Below are positions 20,708 through 31,657 of a stretch of DNA of 64,000 nt, piece by piece. The notes under the pieces were generated by a model. That model searched no databases. It was not told where the DNA came from and worked only from the letters and a program-made list of their open reading frames with translations. How positions within the stretch are numbered: position 1 is the stretch's first letter; each line of letters begins with the position of its first letter. The stretch is from an uncultured bacterium (GTDB taxonomy: Bacteria > Krumholzibacteriota > Krumholzibacteriia > Krumholzibacteriales > Krumholzibacteriaceae): the NCBI GenBank assembly GCA_963747385.1, contig CAVVEY010000022.1:11739-75738 (forward strand), given 5' to 3'. Made by a program: the position numbers and the translations under genes.

Positions 20708-23700
20708 CTATTTATCAGAAAATTCCAACGATTTCAACAGATTTTCGAGGTCGCCGAGGGCGTCGGGCCTGCCGTCCGCGGAGCGGAGCCCCTTGACGGT
20801 CATTCCGAACCCCTCCCTCGTATGAAAGATCAGGCGGCCCGGAAAGAGATCGACGATAGAAGCTATCTGCTTCTTGTTCGGGAGCTTGTCGCTCGAGAAG
20901 CTCGCCTTGAGCGTGAACGAGCGGTCGATTTCGACACGGTCGATGCCCGCCGCCGCCGCGCGGGCCTTGAGCTCCACGATCTTCAACATGTTGGCGGCGC
21001 TTTCGGGGAGCGGCCCGAACCGGTCGCGGAGCTCGCTCGCCATCTCTCCCGCCTGGGCGGCGGTCTCGATCCTCGAAAGCCGCCGGTAGATATCCATCCG
21101 CTCCTCCGAGTCGGGAACGTATTCGGAGGGAAGATACGCCGGCAGCGGCACCGAGATGCGTATCTCGCGTTCCGTCGCGACCGGCTCCCCCTTGAGGCGC
21201 GCGACCTCCTCCCTGAGCATGCGCGTGTAGAGATCGAGGCCGACCGCCGCGATGTTCCCCGATTGCTCGATGCCGAGCAGGTTGCCGGCCCCGCGGATCT
21301 CGAGATCGCGCATCGCGATCCGGTAGCCCGCGCCGAGGTAATCGAACTCGCTGATCGCCTGGAGCCTTTTCACCGCCGTCGGCGTGAGGGTGCGGCCGCG
21401 CGGAACGAGAAGATAGGCGTACGCCTTGCGATCCGATCTCCCGACGCGTCCGCGGAGCTGGTAGATCTGCGCGAGCCCGAAGCGATCGGCGCGGTTGATG
21501 ACGATCGTGTTCACGTTCGGGAAATCGAGCCCCGCCTCGATGATCATCGTGCAGACGAGCACGTCGAACTTGCGTTCGAGAAAGTCGATCATGCGTCCCT
21601 CGAGCTCGCGCTCGCGCATCTGGCCGTGCGCGTGCGTGATCCGCACCCGGTCCGGCAGCAGCCTGCGCAGGTACCCCTCCATGACCGCGATCGACTGCAC
21701 CCGGTTGTGCACGAAGAAGACCTGCCCGCCGCGGTCGATCTCGCGCATGCAGGCGTCCCGGATGCTCGCGTCGTCGAAGGGAAGGATCTCGGTATGAATG
21801 GGGAGGCGGTTGCGCGGGGGGGTGTCGATGACCGAGAAGTCGCGGATCCCCGAGATCGCCATCGAGAGGGTCCGCGGGATCGGCGTCGCCGTCATGCTGA
21901 GGACGTCGACCGACTTCTTCATGCTCTTGAACGAATCCTTGTGGCGCACCCCGAACCGGTGCTCCTCGTCGATGACGACGAGCCCGAGGTCCTTGAACCG
22001 GATGTCCTTCGAGAGGAGCCGGTGCGTGCCGACGACGATGTCGACCTTTCCCTCCGCCACCGCATCGACGGTCTCTTTCTGTTTCGCGTTCGTGACGAAT
22101 CTGCTCAGCGTCGCGACGGTCACCGGATAGCCCGCGAGGCGCTCGCTCACCGTGCTGAAATGCTGCATCGCGAGCACGGTCGTCGGGACGAGGATCGCGA
22201 CCTGCTTGCCCGACATCGCCGCCTTGAAGGCCGCGCGCACGGCGACCTCCGTCTTGCCGAACCCGACGTCCCCGCAGAGGAGCCTGTCCATCGGGCGCGG
22301 CGCCTCCATGTCTCCCTTGACCTCGTCGGTGGCGCGGAGCTGGTGCTCGGTCTCCTCGTACGGGAAGGACGCCTCCATCTCCTTCTGCCACGGCTTGTCG
22401 GGGGGGAACGTGAAACCCTTCGCGAGCTGCCGCGCCGCGTACACCTCGAGGAGATCGCGGGCGATCTTCTCGGCGCTCTTTCTGGCCTTCTCGCGGGCCC
22501 GCGTCCACGACGCGCTCCCGAGCCTGTCGAGCTGCGGGGCCGCGTCTTCCGCGGCGACGTACTTCTCGACGAGGCGGAGCTGGCCGATCGGGATGAAGAG
22601 GTGGTCGTCCCCGCCGTAGCGCATGTCGAGGCACTCGGTCTTGCCGCTCTCGATCTCGAGAACGCGCATTCCCATGTAGCGCCCGATGCCGTGATTCACG
22701 TGGACGACGAAATCCCCCGGCTGGAAATGCGACGGGTCGTAGGTGAGCGACCTGCTCCGGGCGGGCGGCGTATGGTACGGACGATGGTAGCGGCCGAAGA
22801 CCTCCTCCTCGCTCAGGAAGAAGACGCCGATCTCGGGCCAGCGGAAACCGCTCGAGAGCCCGCCGAGGGGAAAATCGATATCCATCGCGACGTCCTCGAG
22901 GAGCTCCTCGGCGCGCTCCCTCTGGAATTTGTTCGCGCAGAAGAAGTAGACCCTGTTCCCGCGCTTGAGCTCTTTCTGCGCGTCGGTCACGAGGGAGGCC
23001 AGGTTCCGCCGGTAGTCCCCCGGCGAGGAGGTGCCGAAGCGCACGGCGCCTTCCCATTCGAGCTTGTTGATCGAGACGCGGCGCGAGCGCGCGAGCCATT
23101 CGGAGAGCTCCCCTTCCCCCACGTACGCCTCGTCGGGCGGCGGGAAGAGATTCCCCTCGTCGCGGGTCCGCGCGTAGCGCTGCACGATTTCCTCCCGGAA
23201 ATCGGCGAGGGCGCTCTCGATATCCTCGGCGTCGACGAGAACGACGACCGGCGGAACGTCGAAGTGCGCGAAGAGCGGAACGACCCCGTGCAGGGTCGCC
23301 GCGTAATGCTCCATTCCGAAAAAGGAGATCCCTTTCTCGAGGCGCTCCGCCGGCAGCATGAGCTTCGCGCGCTCCTCGTCGCTCGCTCCCGCCGTCTCCT
23401 TCCGTATGCGCTCCGCGAGACGCGCGATCCCTTCGTCCGTCGGGGCGATATGATGGGGCGGGCGCACGCGGAGGCTCTCCCGCGCGCCGGTCGACCGCTG
23501 CGTTTCGATATCGAAGTCGCGCATCGAGACGATCTCGTCCCCGTCGAACTCCATGCGCACGGGAGTCTCCTCGGACACCTCGAAGATGTCGAGAATCCCG
23601 CCGCGGACGGCGAACTGCCCCTTCGCCTCGACCGTCTCGTGCCTCTCGTAGCCGAGACGGACGAGACGTTCCGCCAGCTCGTGCGGGTCGTGCTCCTCGC

Positions 23701-24133
23701 CGGCGCGCACGTCGACGAGAAGGCCGCGGAAGAGCTCGCGGGGAAATACCTTCTTGAGCGCGGACCGGATCGTGCAGACGAGCACGCGGCATCTGCCCTC
23801 GCCGAGCGCTTCGAGCGCCTTCATCTGGAGCCCGGTGAGGCTCCGGTCGGGATCGTGATAATCGTACGGGAGCATCTCGTCCTCGGGATACGGAACGACG
23901 CCGTCCACGCCGAATATCCCGAGATCCTCCTCGACGTCGCGCGCGCGCACGGGATCGGGGGCGATGACGAGAAAGGGGGTTTTTCGCTCGGAGGCGAGGG
24001 CCGCGACGACGAGCGATCGCGCGCTGCCGTAGAGCCCCGCGACGGGGACGTGCGCGCTTTCGGCGTCGAGCTTCTTACCGAGCTCCCGGTACGCCTCCAG
24101 GCGATCGATCTTCTGCTTCAGGTCGTTCCACAT
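20708..24133 (-). CDS. mfd: Transcription-repair coupling factor
   Basis: UvrB-like N-terminus, CarD/TRCF domain, GDVGFGKT, DEEHRFGV and QLRGRVGRS motifs. Confidence 0.97.
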   Translation of the reverse strand: MWNDLKQKIDRLEAYRELGKKLDAESAHVPVAGLYGSARSLVVAALASERKTPFLVIAPDPVRARDVEEDLGIFGVDGVVPYPEDEMLPYDYHDPDRSLTGLQMKALEALGEGRCRVLVCTIRSALKKVFPRELFRGLLVDVRAGEEHDPHELAERLVRLGYERHETVEAKGQFAVRGGILDIFEVSEETPVRMEFDGDEIVSMRDFDIETQRSTGARESLRVRPPHHIAPTDEGIARLAERIRKETAGASDEERAKLMLPAERLEKGISFFGMEHYAATLHGVVPLFAHFDVPPVVVLVDAEDIESALADFREEIVQRYARTRDEGNLFPPPDEAYVGEGELSEWLARSRRVSINKLEWEGAVRFGTSSPGDYRRNLASLVTDAQKELKRGNRVYFFCANKFQRERAEELLEDVAMDIDFPLGGLSSGFRWPEIGVFFLSEEEVFGRYHRPYHTPPARSRSLTYDPSHFQPGDFVVHVNHGIGRYMGMRVLEIESGKTECLDMRYGGDDHLFIPIGQLRLVEKYVAAEDAAPQLDRLGSASWTRAREKARKSAEKIARDLLEVYAARQLAKGFTFPPDKPWQKEMEASFPYEETEHQLRATDEVKGDMEAPRPMDRLLCGDVGFGKTEVAVRAAFKAAMSGKQVAILVPTTVLAMQHFSTVSERLAGYPVTVATLSRFVTNAKQKETVDAVAEGKVDIVVGTHRLLSKDIRFKDLGLVVIDEEHRFGVRHKDSFKSMKKSVDVLSMTATPIPRTLSMAISGIRDFSVIDTPPRNRLPIHTEILPFDDASIRDACMREIDRGGQVFFVHNRVQSIAVMEGYLRRLLPDRVRITHAHGQMRERELEGRMIDFLERKFDVLVCTMIIEAGLDFPNVNTIVINRADRFGLAQIYQLRGRVGRSDRKAYAYLLVPRGRTLTPTAVKRLQAISEFDYLGAGYRIAMRDLEIRGAGNLLGIEQSGNIAAVGLDLYTRMLREEVARLKGEPVATEREIRISVPLPAYLPSEYVPDSEERMDIYRRLSRIETAAQAGEMASELRDRFGPLPESAANMLKIVELKARAAAAGIDRVEIDRSFTLKASFSSDKLPNKKQIASIVDLFPGRLIFHTREGFGMTVKGLRSADGRPDALGDLENLLKSLEFSDK

Positions 24134-24143
24134 ACGCTACCAC

Positions 24144-24236
24144 TACGCGGGTCCTGCCGCTGATTGCTACCCCGCGCGTGCTCGCTCGCACCGCGAGCTG
24201 CGCGCCACGCGGGGACCCCATCAGCGTCACCCGCTA
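24144..24236 (-). repeat. Dispersed rod-hairpin repeat (module A+B), copy 1
   Basis: Near-identical to the reverse complement of 54713-54804; its 5' part also occurs at 29389-29419. Folds into four nested stems. Confidence 0.9.
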
Positions 24237-26451
24237 GTCGGGCAGGCGCGGACACTCTCGCGACGAACTCATTGGAGGCTCTGCGACTGAGTTCGGAGCG
24301 AGAGTGTCCGCGCCATCCCCACCCGCTGCGCCTCGGTTTCTCCACGTCTCCCGCTGCGCGACGAAGAGCTCGAGGGCGAGCAGGGCCATCGCGGCGAGAA
24401 GAACCGGAATCGTGATTTCCCTGCCCGTGCGCGCCGCGCGGATCGCGGGGGCGAGCTCCCTGTCTTCCTCGACGACGAGCCTGGCCCCAAGCCCGAGGGA
24501 ATCGGCCGCGGCGCGGGGATCGAGGTACGCGAGATCCGACTCCTCGCGGCAGTCCGGGTTGACGGCGGTCTTTCCTTTCACTTCGGCGCCCGCGAATATC
24601 GTCACGATGCCGGGCGTCTCGACGGGAGGAACGAGAATGCCCGCGGGCACTTCCGCGGGCTTGAGCGTCGCGCCGCCGGGAAGCTCGACGGTGAATTCTC
24701 CGCCCCGCTCCCCGCTCCATACTATCGGCTCTCCGACGAGGCTCCCTTCGCGCGCGGGCAGCTCCCGGCCCGTCGCGAGAACGAGCTGCTGCACGAGCGG
24801 CAGGAAATACGGCGAGAGCACGAGCTCTCCCGCCTCCGGCCTCGGGTCTATGGCGGCGAACACGACCGTTCCCTCGCCGCGCCTCTCTTCCCATACGAAT
24901 GGGCCGCGCCTCTCGAACGAGAGCGTCGCGGCTCCGGGAGGCACTCCCCTCACGAGCGCGGCGCTTCTGAATCTCAGGCGCGCGAGCGCCTCGAGGTCCC
25001 TTTCGTCGAACGGCGCGAGAAAGCCCGGCGCCCCCGCCGGCTTCGAGAGCCGGAAAAAGCCCTGCGGCATTTCGGCGAAATCGAATTTGAGCGGATACCG
25101 GCTGAGCCTCTCGGCGGCCGCCTCGAGCTCCGGCACGAGAAACACGATCGCCGTGCCCCCGCGCGCGACGAAACGATCGACGATCTCGACGTCTCCCGGC
25201 GCCGGGCCCCGTCCGGGCCCGAGCACGACGACGTCCGCCGCGCTCAGGTCGGCGCTCGTGAAGGCGCGCCACCCGCGCTTCACGAGGGCGACGTCCCCCT
25301 CGACCCCTCCGGGAACGAGCGCCTGCTCGACGTAGAAGCCTCCCTCGTCGGCGAGAAGAAGGACGCGCGTCCTGTCCCGGACGTTCAGCGTGAAATATCT
25401 CGTGTCGTCGGCGGGGAGACGATCGGATCGTTTCTTCACGACGCCGTCGATCCATCCCGAGCGCTCGACGGGAAACACGACCGTCTCGGTGAAATAGTTG
25501 TCGGGGAGGATCTCGATCTCCTTCTCCATGACGCGTCGCCCCGCGATCGAGACCTCGAGCGGGAATTTCGCGGCGAGCTCGCGCGACCTGTTCCGCAGAA
25601 CGATCCCGAGCTCCGCCGTCTCCCCCTTGTGGAGCGCGACGCCCGGCACGACGACGCTCTCGACCGCCACGTTCGCCGCCGCGTTCGCCTGCACGGGAAG
25701 AAGAAACGCCCGGACGGGATGTGCGGCGCGGGACTTTTCGCGGGTCGCCGGCACGCCGATGGCGCTGCGGCCCGGCATATCGGCGACGTCACGATCCGGC
25801 GCGCCCGCCTCGCCCGCGACGCGCGTCCCCGCGCGAGCGAGCGCCGTCCTCTGGAAATCCGATATAATGTAGAGCTCGCGCACGTCGCGGCGGCTCCCGG
25901 CGAGCATGCGCTCCCCGGTCGCGGCGGCGCTGCGCAGATCGGTTCCCCCATACGACGGCCGCGCGCCGCGCAGCGCCTCGAGGACGGCCTCTTTCTCGAT
26001 CTCCCCGTCGTAAACGATCTCGCTCGCCGTATCGAAAAGAACGATCGACACCGCGTCCCCCCGCTCGAGATTGTCGAGGATCGCGGAGAGCCGCGCGACC
26101 GCCGCGGTCGAAGGCGACGCCCGCCTCCCCCTCCACTCCCATGCTGAAGCTCCGGTCGAGGAGAATGCACGCCGCGCGCGAACCTCCCGCCGGAAAGAGC
26201 GACGCGAGGGAGCCGCGCACCACGGGCCGCGCGAACGCGAGCGCGACGAGGGCGACGGCGAGGATCCTCATGAGCAGGAGGAGCAGCCGCCGCACGTTTA
26301 TCCGCATCATGCTGCGCCGGTCGGACCGGCTGAGGAAGCGGATCGTGCTGAAGGGAACCTCGGGGACGCGCCTCCGGCTGAAGATATGTATGAGAATGGG
26401 GACCGCCACCGCGGCCAGCGCGAAAAGGTAGAGCGGACTCAGAAAATTCAC
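24234..26451 (-). CDS. BatA N-terminal / vWA domain membrane protein (apparent +1 frameshift near 26103)
   Basis: MNFLSPLYL...PILIHIF BatA motif, LLDRSFSM MIDAS, ISDFQ and a C-terminal TM. Confidence 0.87.
24245..24314. repeat. Palindromic hairpin repeat (module H), copy 1
   Basis: Perfect 17-bp outer stem and 8-bp inner stem with a 16-nt loop; homologous to 29309-29380. Confidence 0.9.
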
Positions 26452-27356
26452 CGGAGCCTCCGCCGCTTATTGAGATACCGCACGAGCGCCTGATCGAACG
26501 GGGTCTCTGTGGTCACGAGATTGTAGTCGATCGCGTCTTCCTTGCACTCGCGCTCGAGGCGCGAGATCCATTCGCGCACGCTCCGGCGATACTCCTTCTT
26601 CAGGAACCACGGCTGCGTCCGGAGCTTCTCCCCCGTTTCCCTGTCGACGAATCGCACCTCGCCGCCGTAGTCGAGCGTGAGCTCTTTCGCGTCGAGAATA
26701 TGGAACACGACCACCTCGTGCCCGCGATGCCGGAACGCCTTGAGTCCCGCGATCACCGCGGCGGGGTCGTCGTAAAGATCGGAGAAGAGCACGACGAGGC
26801 CGCGGCGCTTGATGCGCTCCGCCATCTCGCGGAGCGCGGGCGCGATCTCCGTCTTCGCGCCGGGCGCGATCTCCTCGAGCGTCTTGAGGAGGTGGAGCAG
26901 GTGCCGCCGCACCGACCGGTGCGGCACGAGCACGTTGATCTTCTCGTCGAACGCCACGAGCCCCACCGCGTCCCGCTGCATGATCATGAGGTAGCCGAGC
27001 GCCGCGGCGAGGAGCGTCGCGTAGCGCAGCTTCGTCACGGCGGCGCCGCTCGTGAAATCCATCGACGCGCTCTGGTCGACGAGCAGCGTCGCGCGCAGGT
27101 TCGTCTCGTCCTCGAAGACCTTCACGTAATAGCGGTCGGTCTTCCCGTAGATCTTCCAGTCGACGTCGCGCGCCGACTCCCCCGCGTTGTACTGGCGATA
27201 TTCGGCGAACTCCACCGAGAAGCCGTGGTAGGGGCTCCGGTGGAGGCCGGCGATGAAGCCCTCGACGATGAGCCGCGCCCGGAGGTCCATGTTGGCGAGG
27301 CGGCTCACGACTTCGGGCTTGAGGAACTCCGCGATGTTCGTTTCTCTGGGCGACAT
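26448..27356 (-). CDS. DUF58 / vWA family protein
   Basis: GLHRSPYHGFSVEFAEYRQY, DWK and DQSASM motifs. Confidence 0.92.
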   Translation of the reverse strand: MSPRETNIAEFLKPEVVSRLANMDLRARLIVEGFIAGLHRSPYHGFSVEFAEYRQYNAGESARDVDWKIYGKTDRYYVKVFEDETNLRATLLVDQSASMDFTSGAAVTKLRYATLLAAALGYLMIMQRDAVGLVAFDEKINVLVPHRSVRRHLLHLLKTLEEIAPGAKTEIAPALREMAERIKRRGLVVLFSDLYDDPAAVIAGLKAFRHRGHEVVVFHILDAKELTLDYGGEVRFVDRETGEKLRTQPWFLKKEYRRSVREWISRLERECKEDAIDYNLVTTETPFDQALVRYLNKRRRLR

Positions 27357-27365
27357 TTCAGATTT

Positions 27366-28349
<984 letters not shown>

Positions 28350-28497
28350 CGGCTCTCCTCTTCTTCGCTATATACTATGGAAAGGGAAACCCGTCCATCG
28401 CGCCGCGCCGGCGGCGCGAGAGCGATTGTAACATAGCCGCCTCGCTCCAAAAATATCTTATCATACGCAGGGGGCTTTGAGCTACAATTCCGCCGCC

Positions 28498-29283
28498 ATG
28501 CTCTTCGAAACGAAAAAGAGGCGCCGCACTCGCCTCATGAAAACGCCCCTCCCCCCGGCGCAGCTTGCGATCGTCGAGCGCAACGTGCCGTATTATCGCG
28601 CGCTCGCGCCCGAGGATCGGGAGGAGCTCCGGGGGCTCGTCCAGATCTTTCTCGCCGAGAAGAACTTCGAGGGCTGCGACGGCCTCGAGATCACGGACGA
28701 GATCCGGCTCACGATCGCCGCGCAGGCGTGCATCCTCCTGCTCCACAGGAAAACCGATATCTACCCGCTGCTGCAATCGGTCCTCGTCTACCCGCACACG
28801 TTCGTCGCCCCCCTGAAGGAACGCGGGCCGGGCGGCGTCGTGATCGAGGATTTCGAGGAGCGCGACGGGGAATCGTGGGATATCGGAGCTCTCATTCTCT
28901 CGTGGGACGACGTCATGGAAAGCGTCGCGGACCCCCGCGACGGCTACAACGTCGTGTTCCACGAGTTCGCCCACCAGCTCGACGACGAGGCGGGGATCGC
29001 CGACGGTGCGCCGCCGCTGCCCGAGAGATCGATGTACGACGATTGGGCGCGCGTACTCGGCGCCGAGTACGACGCGCTCGCGGAAGCCGTCCGGCGCCAC
29101 CGGCCGACGCTGCTCGACGAGTACGGCGCCGAGAGCCCCGCGGAGTTCTTCGCCGTCGCGACCGAGACTTTCTTCGAGCTGCCCCGCGATCTCAAGGCCG
29201 CACATCCGGCGCTCTACGAGCAGCTCTCCCGCTTCTACAGGCAGGATCCCGCCGCATCCGCGCCGCCCGCGCCGCAGCGCTGA
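28498..29283 (+). CDS. MtfA-like M90 zinc metallopeptidase
   Basis: IAAQACI, VLVYP, NVVFHEFAHQLD and YGAESPAEFFAVATETFFE motifs. Confidence 0.92.
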   Translation: MLFETKKRRRTRLMKTPLPPAQLAIVERNVPYYRALAPEDREELRGLVQIFLAEKNFEGCDGLEITDEIRLTIAAQACILLLHRKTDIYPLLQSVLVYPHTFVAPLKERGPGGVVIEDFEERDGESWDIGALILSWDDVMESVADPRDGYNVVFHEFAHQLDDEAGIADGAPPLPERSMYDDWARVLGAEYDALAEAVRRHRPTLLDEYGAESPAEFFAVATETFFELPRDLKAAHPALYEQLSRFYRQDPAASAPPAPQR

Positions 29284-29308
29284 CTCCCCACCAGCAGGTG
29301 GCGGCGAA

Positions 29309-29380
29309 GGCGCAGGACATTCCCGCGAACGAGCCCATTGGAGCCCTGCGACTGGGCTCGGAGCGGGAATGTCCTGCGCC
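29309..29380. repeat. Palindromic hairpin repeat (module H), copy 2
   Basis: Perfect 18-bp outer stem and 8-bp inner stem with a 15-nt loop; intergenic between convergent genes. Confidence 0.9.
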
Positions 29381-29388
29381 GGCACTGT

Positions 29389-29419
29389 TAGCGGGTGACG
29401 CTGATGGGGTCCCGCGTGG
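29389..29419 (+). repeat. Module A (5' half only), copy 2
   Basis: TAGCGGGTGACGCTGATGGGGTCCCGCGTGG matches 54713-54744 and the reverse complement of 24205-24236. Confidence 0.88.
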
Positions 29420-29422
29420 GCG

Positions 29423-31657
29423 TCAGTATCTCCCGATCTGCCATTCGTCGAAGATAACGTCGGCGATCGAATCGACCTGCGCGCGATTGAAGAACCAGAG
29501 CGGCAATCCGAAGTGCACGCTCGGAGCGCCGACGGCATCGGTGGCGTCGGCGACGACATCCTCGTATTTCGTCGTCCAGAAGGCCACGACGTCGCCGTTC
29601 ACGGCGGAGATCGCGCTGCGGGCCTTCATCCGGTACATCGGGACGAAGCAGGGCTGCCGGCTCGCGTTGATCGTTCTCATCCAGTACGTCGGATTGTACA
29701 GCTCCACGTAGGTGAATCCCTGCACTTTGGGATCGAAGAACATCCCGTCCTTGGTGACCTGGCCCCAAAGGGTGAGCTTGTTGGGCAGATCCAGGTGCCC
29801 CGTCGTGAGCGGTTCGCGGGTGTCCTTGACGGCGTACGCCATGGCGTCGTAATCGACGCGCCGCTCGGGCATCCGCGGATCGATCCGCGAAATCGGCCTG
29901 GCTCTGTCGATAACGGTCACGCAATAGGTCTTGTACGCGATGCTGTAGACGCCGCTCGTGTCGCCGTCGCACCCCGTGCTCGTTCCCGCGATCTCGCAGC
30001 GAAGGTTCCGGGGAAACGACTGGTTGGTGATGGAGAACACGGCGCCGAGCCCTCCCCGCGAATCGGACTTTCCTTCGGACCAGATGTGCCCGCCCGCCGC
30101 CACGTAATACGCGAGGTAATTGAATTGCCCGGTATTCGATCAAGCCGAGCTGCGATTCCGGCGTGAACCGGACCATGTCGTCCCACGTCATGACGTCGTC
30201 GCTCGCCGTATAGCTCCAGATGATGTTCTTGTACTTCCACAGGACTTCGATATCGATCTTTCGGAAGCTCATGTCCGCCGTTTCGTACACGTCGGAGCCC
30301 GGATCGAAATCCCTCGCCCTGCCGCAGATGCTTCAGCCAGAACTCGTCGTGCTCCGTTTCCGTCGGAAATGCGTAGGTCGTCTGGGAGAAATTGGTCGAG
30401 TAGAAATCGTCGACCCAGAGCAGATTCTTCGTCATCTTCGACGGGAAAAATCGTCATCTCGAACTGGGCGAGCGTCGTCGTGCCCATGTCGTCGATCGTT
30501 TCGATGAAGAGCGTGTGCACGCCGGTCTCGAACGATATCCGCGGCGCCGCCTTGACGAGCGGCGACGGGAGCACGGCCCATTCGCTCTGATCGTTGAGGT
30601 CCGCGATGTCCCATCCGTACCGGTACGAGCTCACCGCGGCGCCGTAGCTCGAGGCATCGGCCGACCAGCTGAAATCGAGCGGGAAGTTTCCGGGGACGCG
30701 AAACGTCTCTATTCTGTTCTTGCCGCCGATGAACGTGTACGTGCCGAGATTCCGCTCCCTGACACTGAGCAGCGGGCCCGGAGGGTTGAACACCCTGAAT
30801 ATCCTCGCATTCTGGCCCGGATCGAACACGGACGTCACGGCGCCCGCCTCGTCCTTGGCCTGCACGACGAGCACGTATCCGAACCCTTTCACGATGAGCT
30901 CGTCGTCGCCGATGACGGTCGAGGTTCCGGAATCCCCCGGGGCGTCATACGGGATCCACGGGCACCAGCGGCTCTCGTATTCTTCCGGATTCCTGTTCAG
31001 GTTGTCCAGGAAGCTCAGCGTATGGGTGGCGACGAAATAGCGGATCGATTCCGGTTCCTGGATGTTCCACGGATCGTCGACCGGGTCTTCTCCCCTCCAC
31101 GTGAACCTGACGAGCGCGGGGAGCTGCTGCTCCCTTCCGGGAAAGGCGTTTCGCGGCGTTTCGATGACGGCGTAGGGAGCCAGCGTGCTCGCGGTGAACG
31201 ACCGGTAAGCAGCCCTCGATCTCGCTCCCTTGTCGTCCACCGCTCTGACGAAGAACGTGTGGACCTTCCGGCAATACGTGGAGTACCTTCCGGGTCCGAC
31301 AGTTATGTCTTCGCCGTTCTCGAAGGCCGAGAACGCGAACGTGCTGTCCGTGCAACGGATCTTCGTCCATGCGGCGAGCCCGGTCGTATCGGCGGGATCG
31401 AAGCCTCCCGGGCTTCCGTCGCACATGGCGTATTCGTAGCTCTCCACGGTGCCGTCGGCGTCGTTTCCCATCCAGCTGAACTTGATCTGATAGCTGGTCG
31501 TGTCCCCTTCGGGCGGGGCTCCCGTAAGTCGCACCGTCGGGGGTTTGTTCGGGTGCGGATCGCCGATGAAGACGCTGTCGTCGCATCCGAAGAGCGCTGC
31601 GAGAACCAGCGCACAGGCGAGAACCGCCCCCGGCAGATATTCGCGCATACGCTTCAT
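29423..31657 (-). CDS. Large lipoprotein of duplicated module 1 (three apparent +1 frameshifts near 30437, 30330 and 30135)
   Basis: Lipobox LFG-C. The joined frames are colinear with the intact paralogue 34296..36533 (HTFFVRAVDD, VQAKDEAGAVTS, LLWVDDFYST, APSVHFGLPLWFFNRAQVDSIADV). Confidence 0.85.

Noticed and set aside
24144-24314. Hairpins as integron attC sites
   Set aside because: They lack RYYYAAC/GTTRRRY ends, do not separate a cassette array, and no integrase is present.
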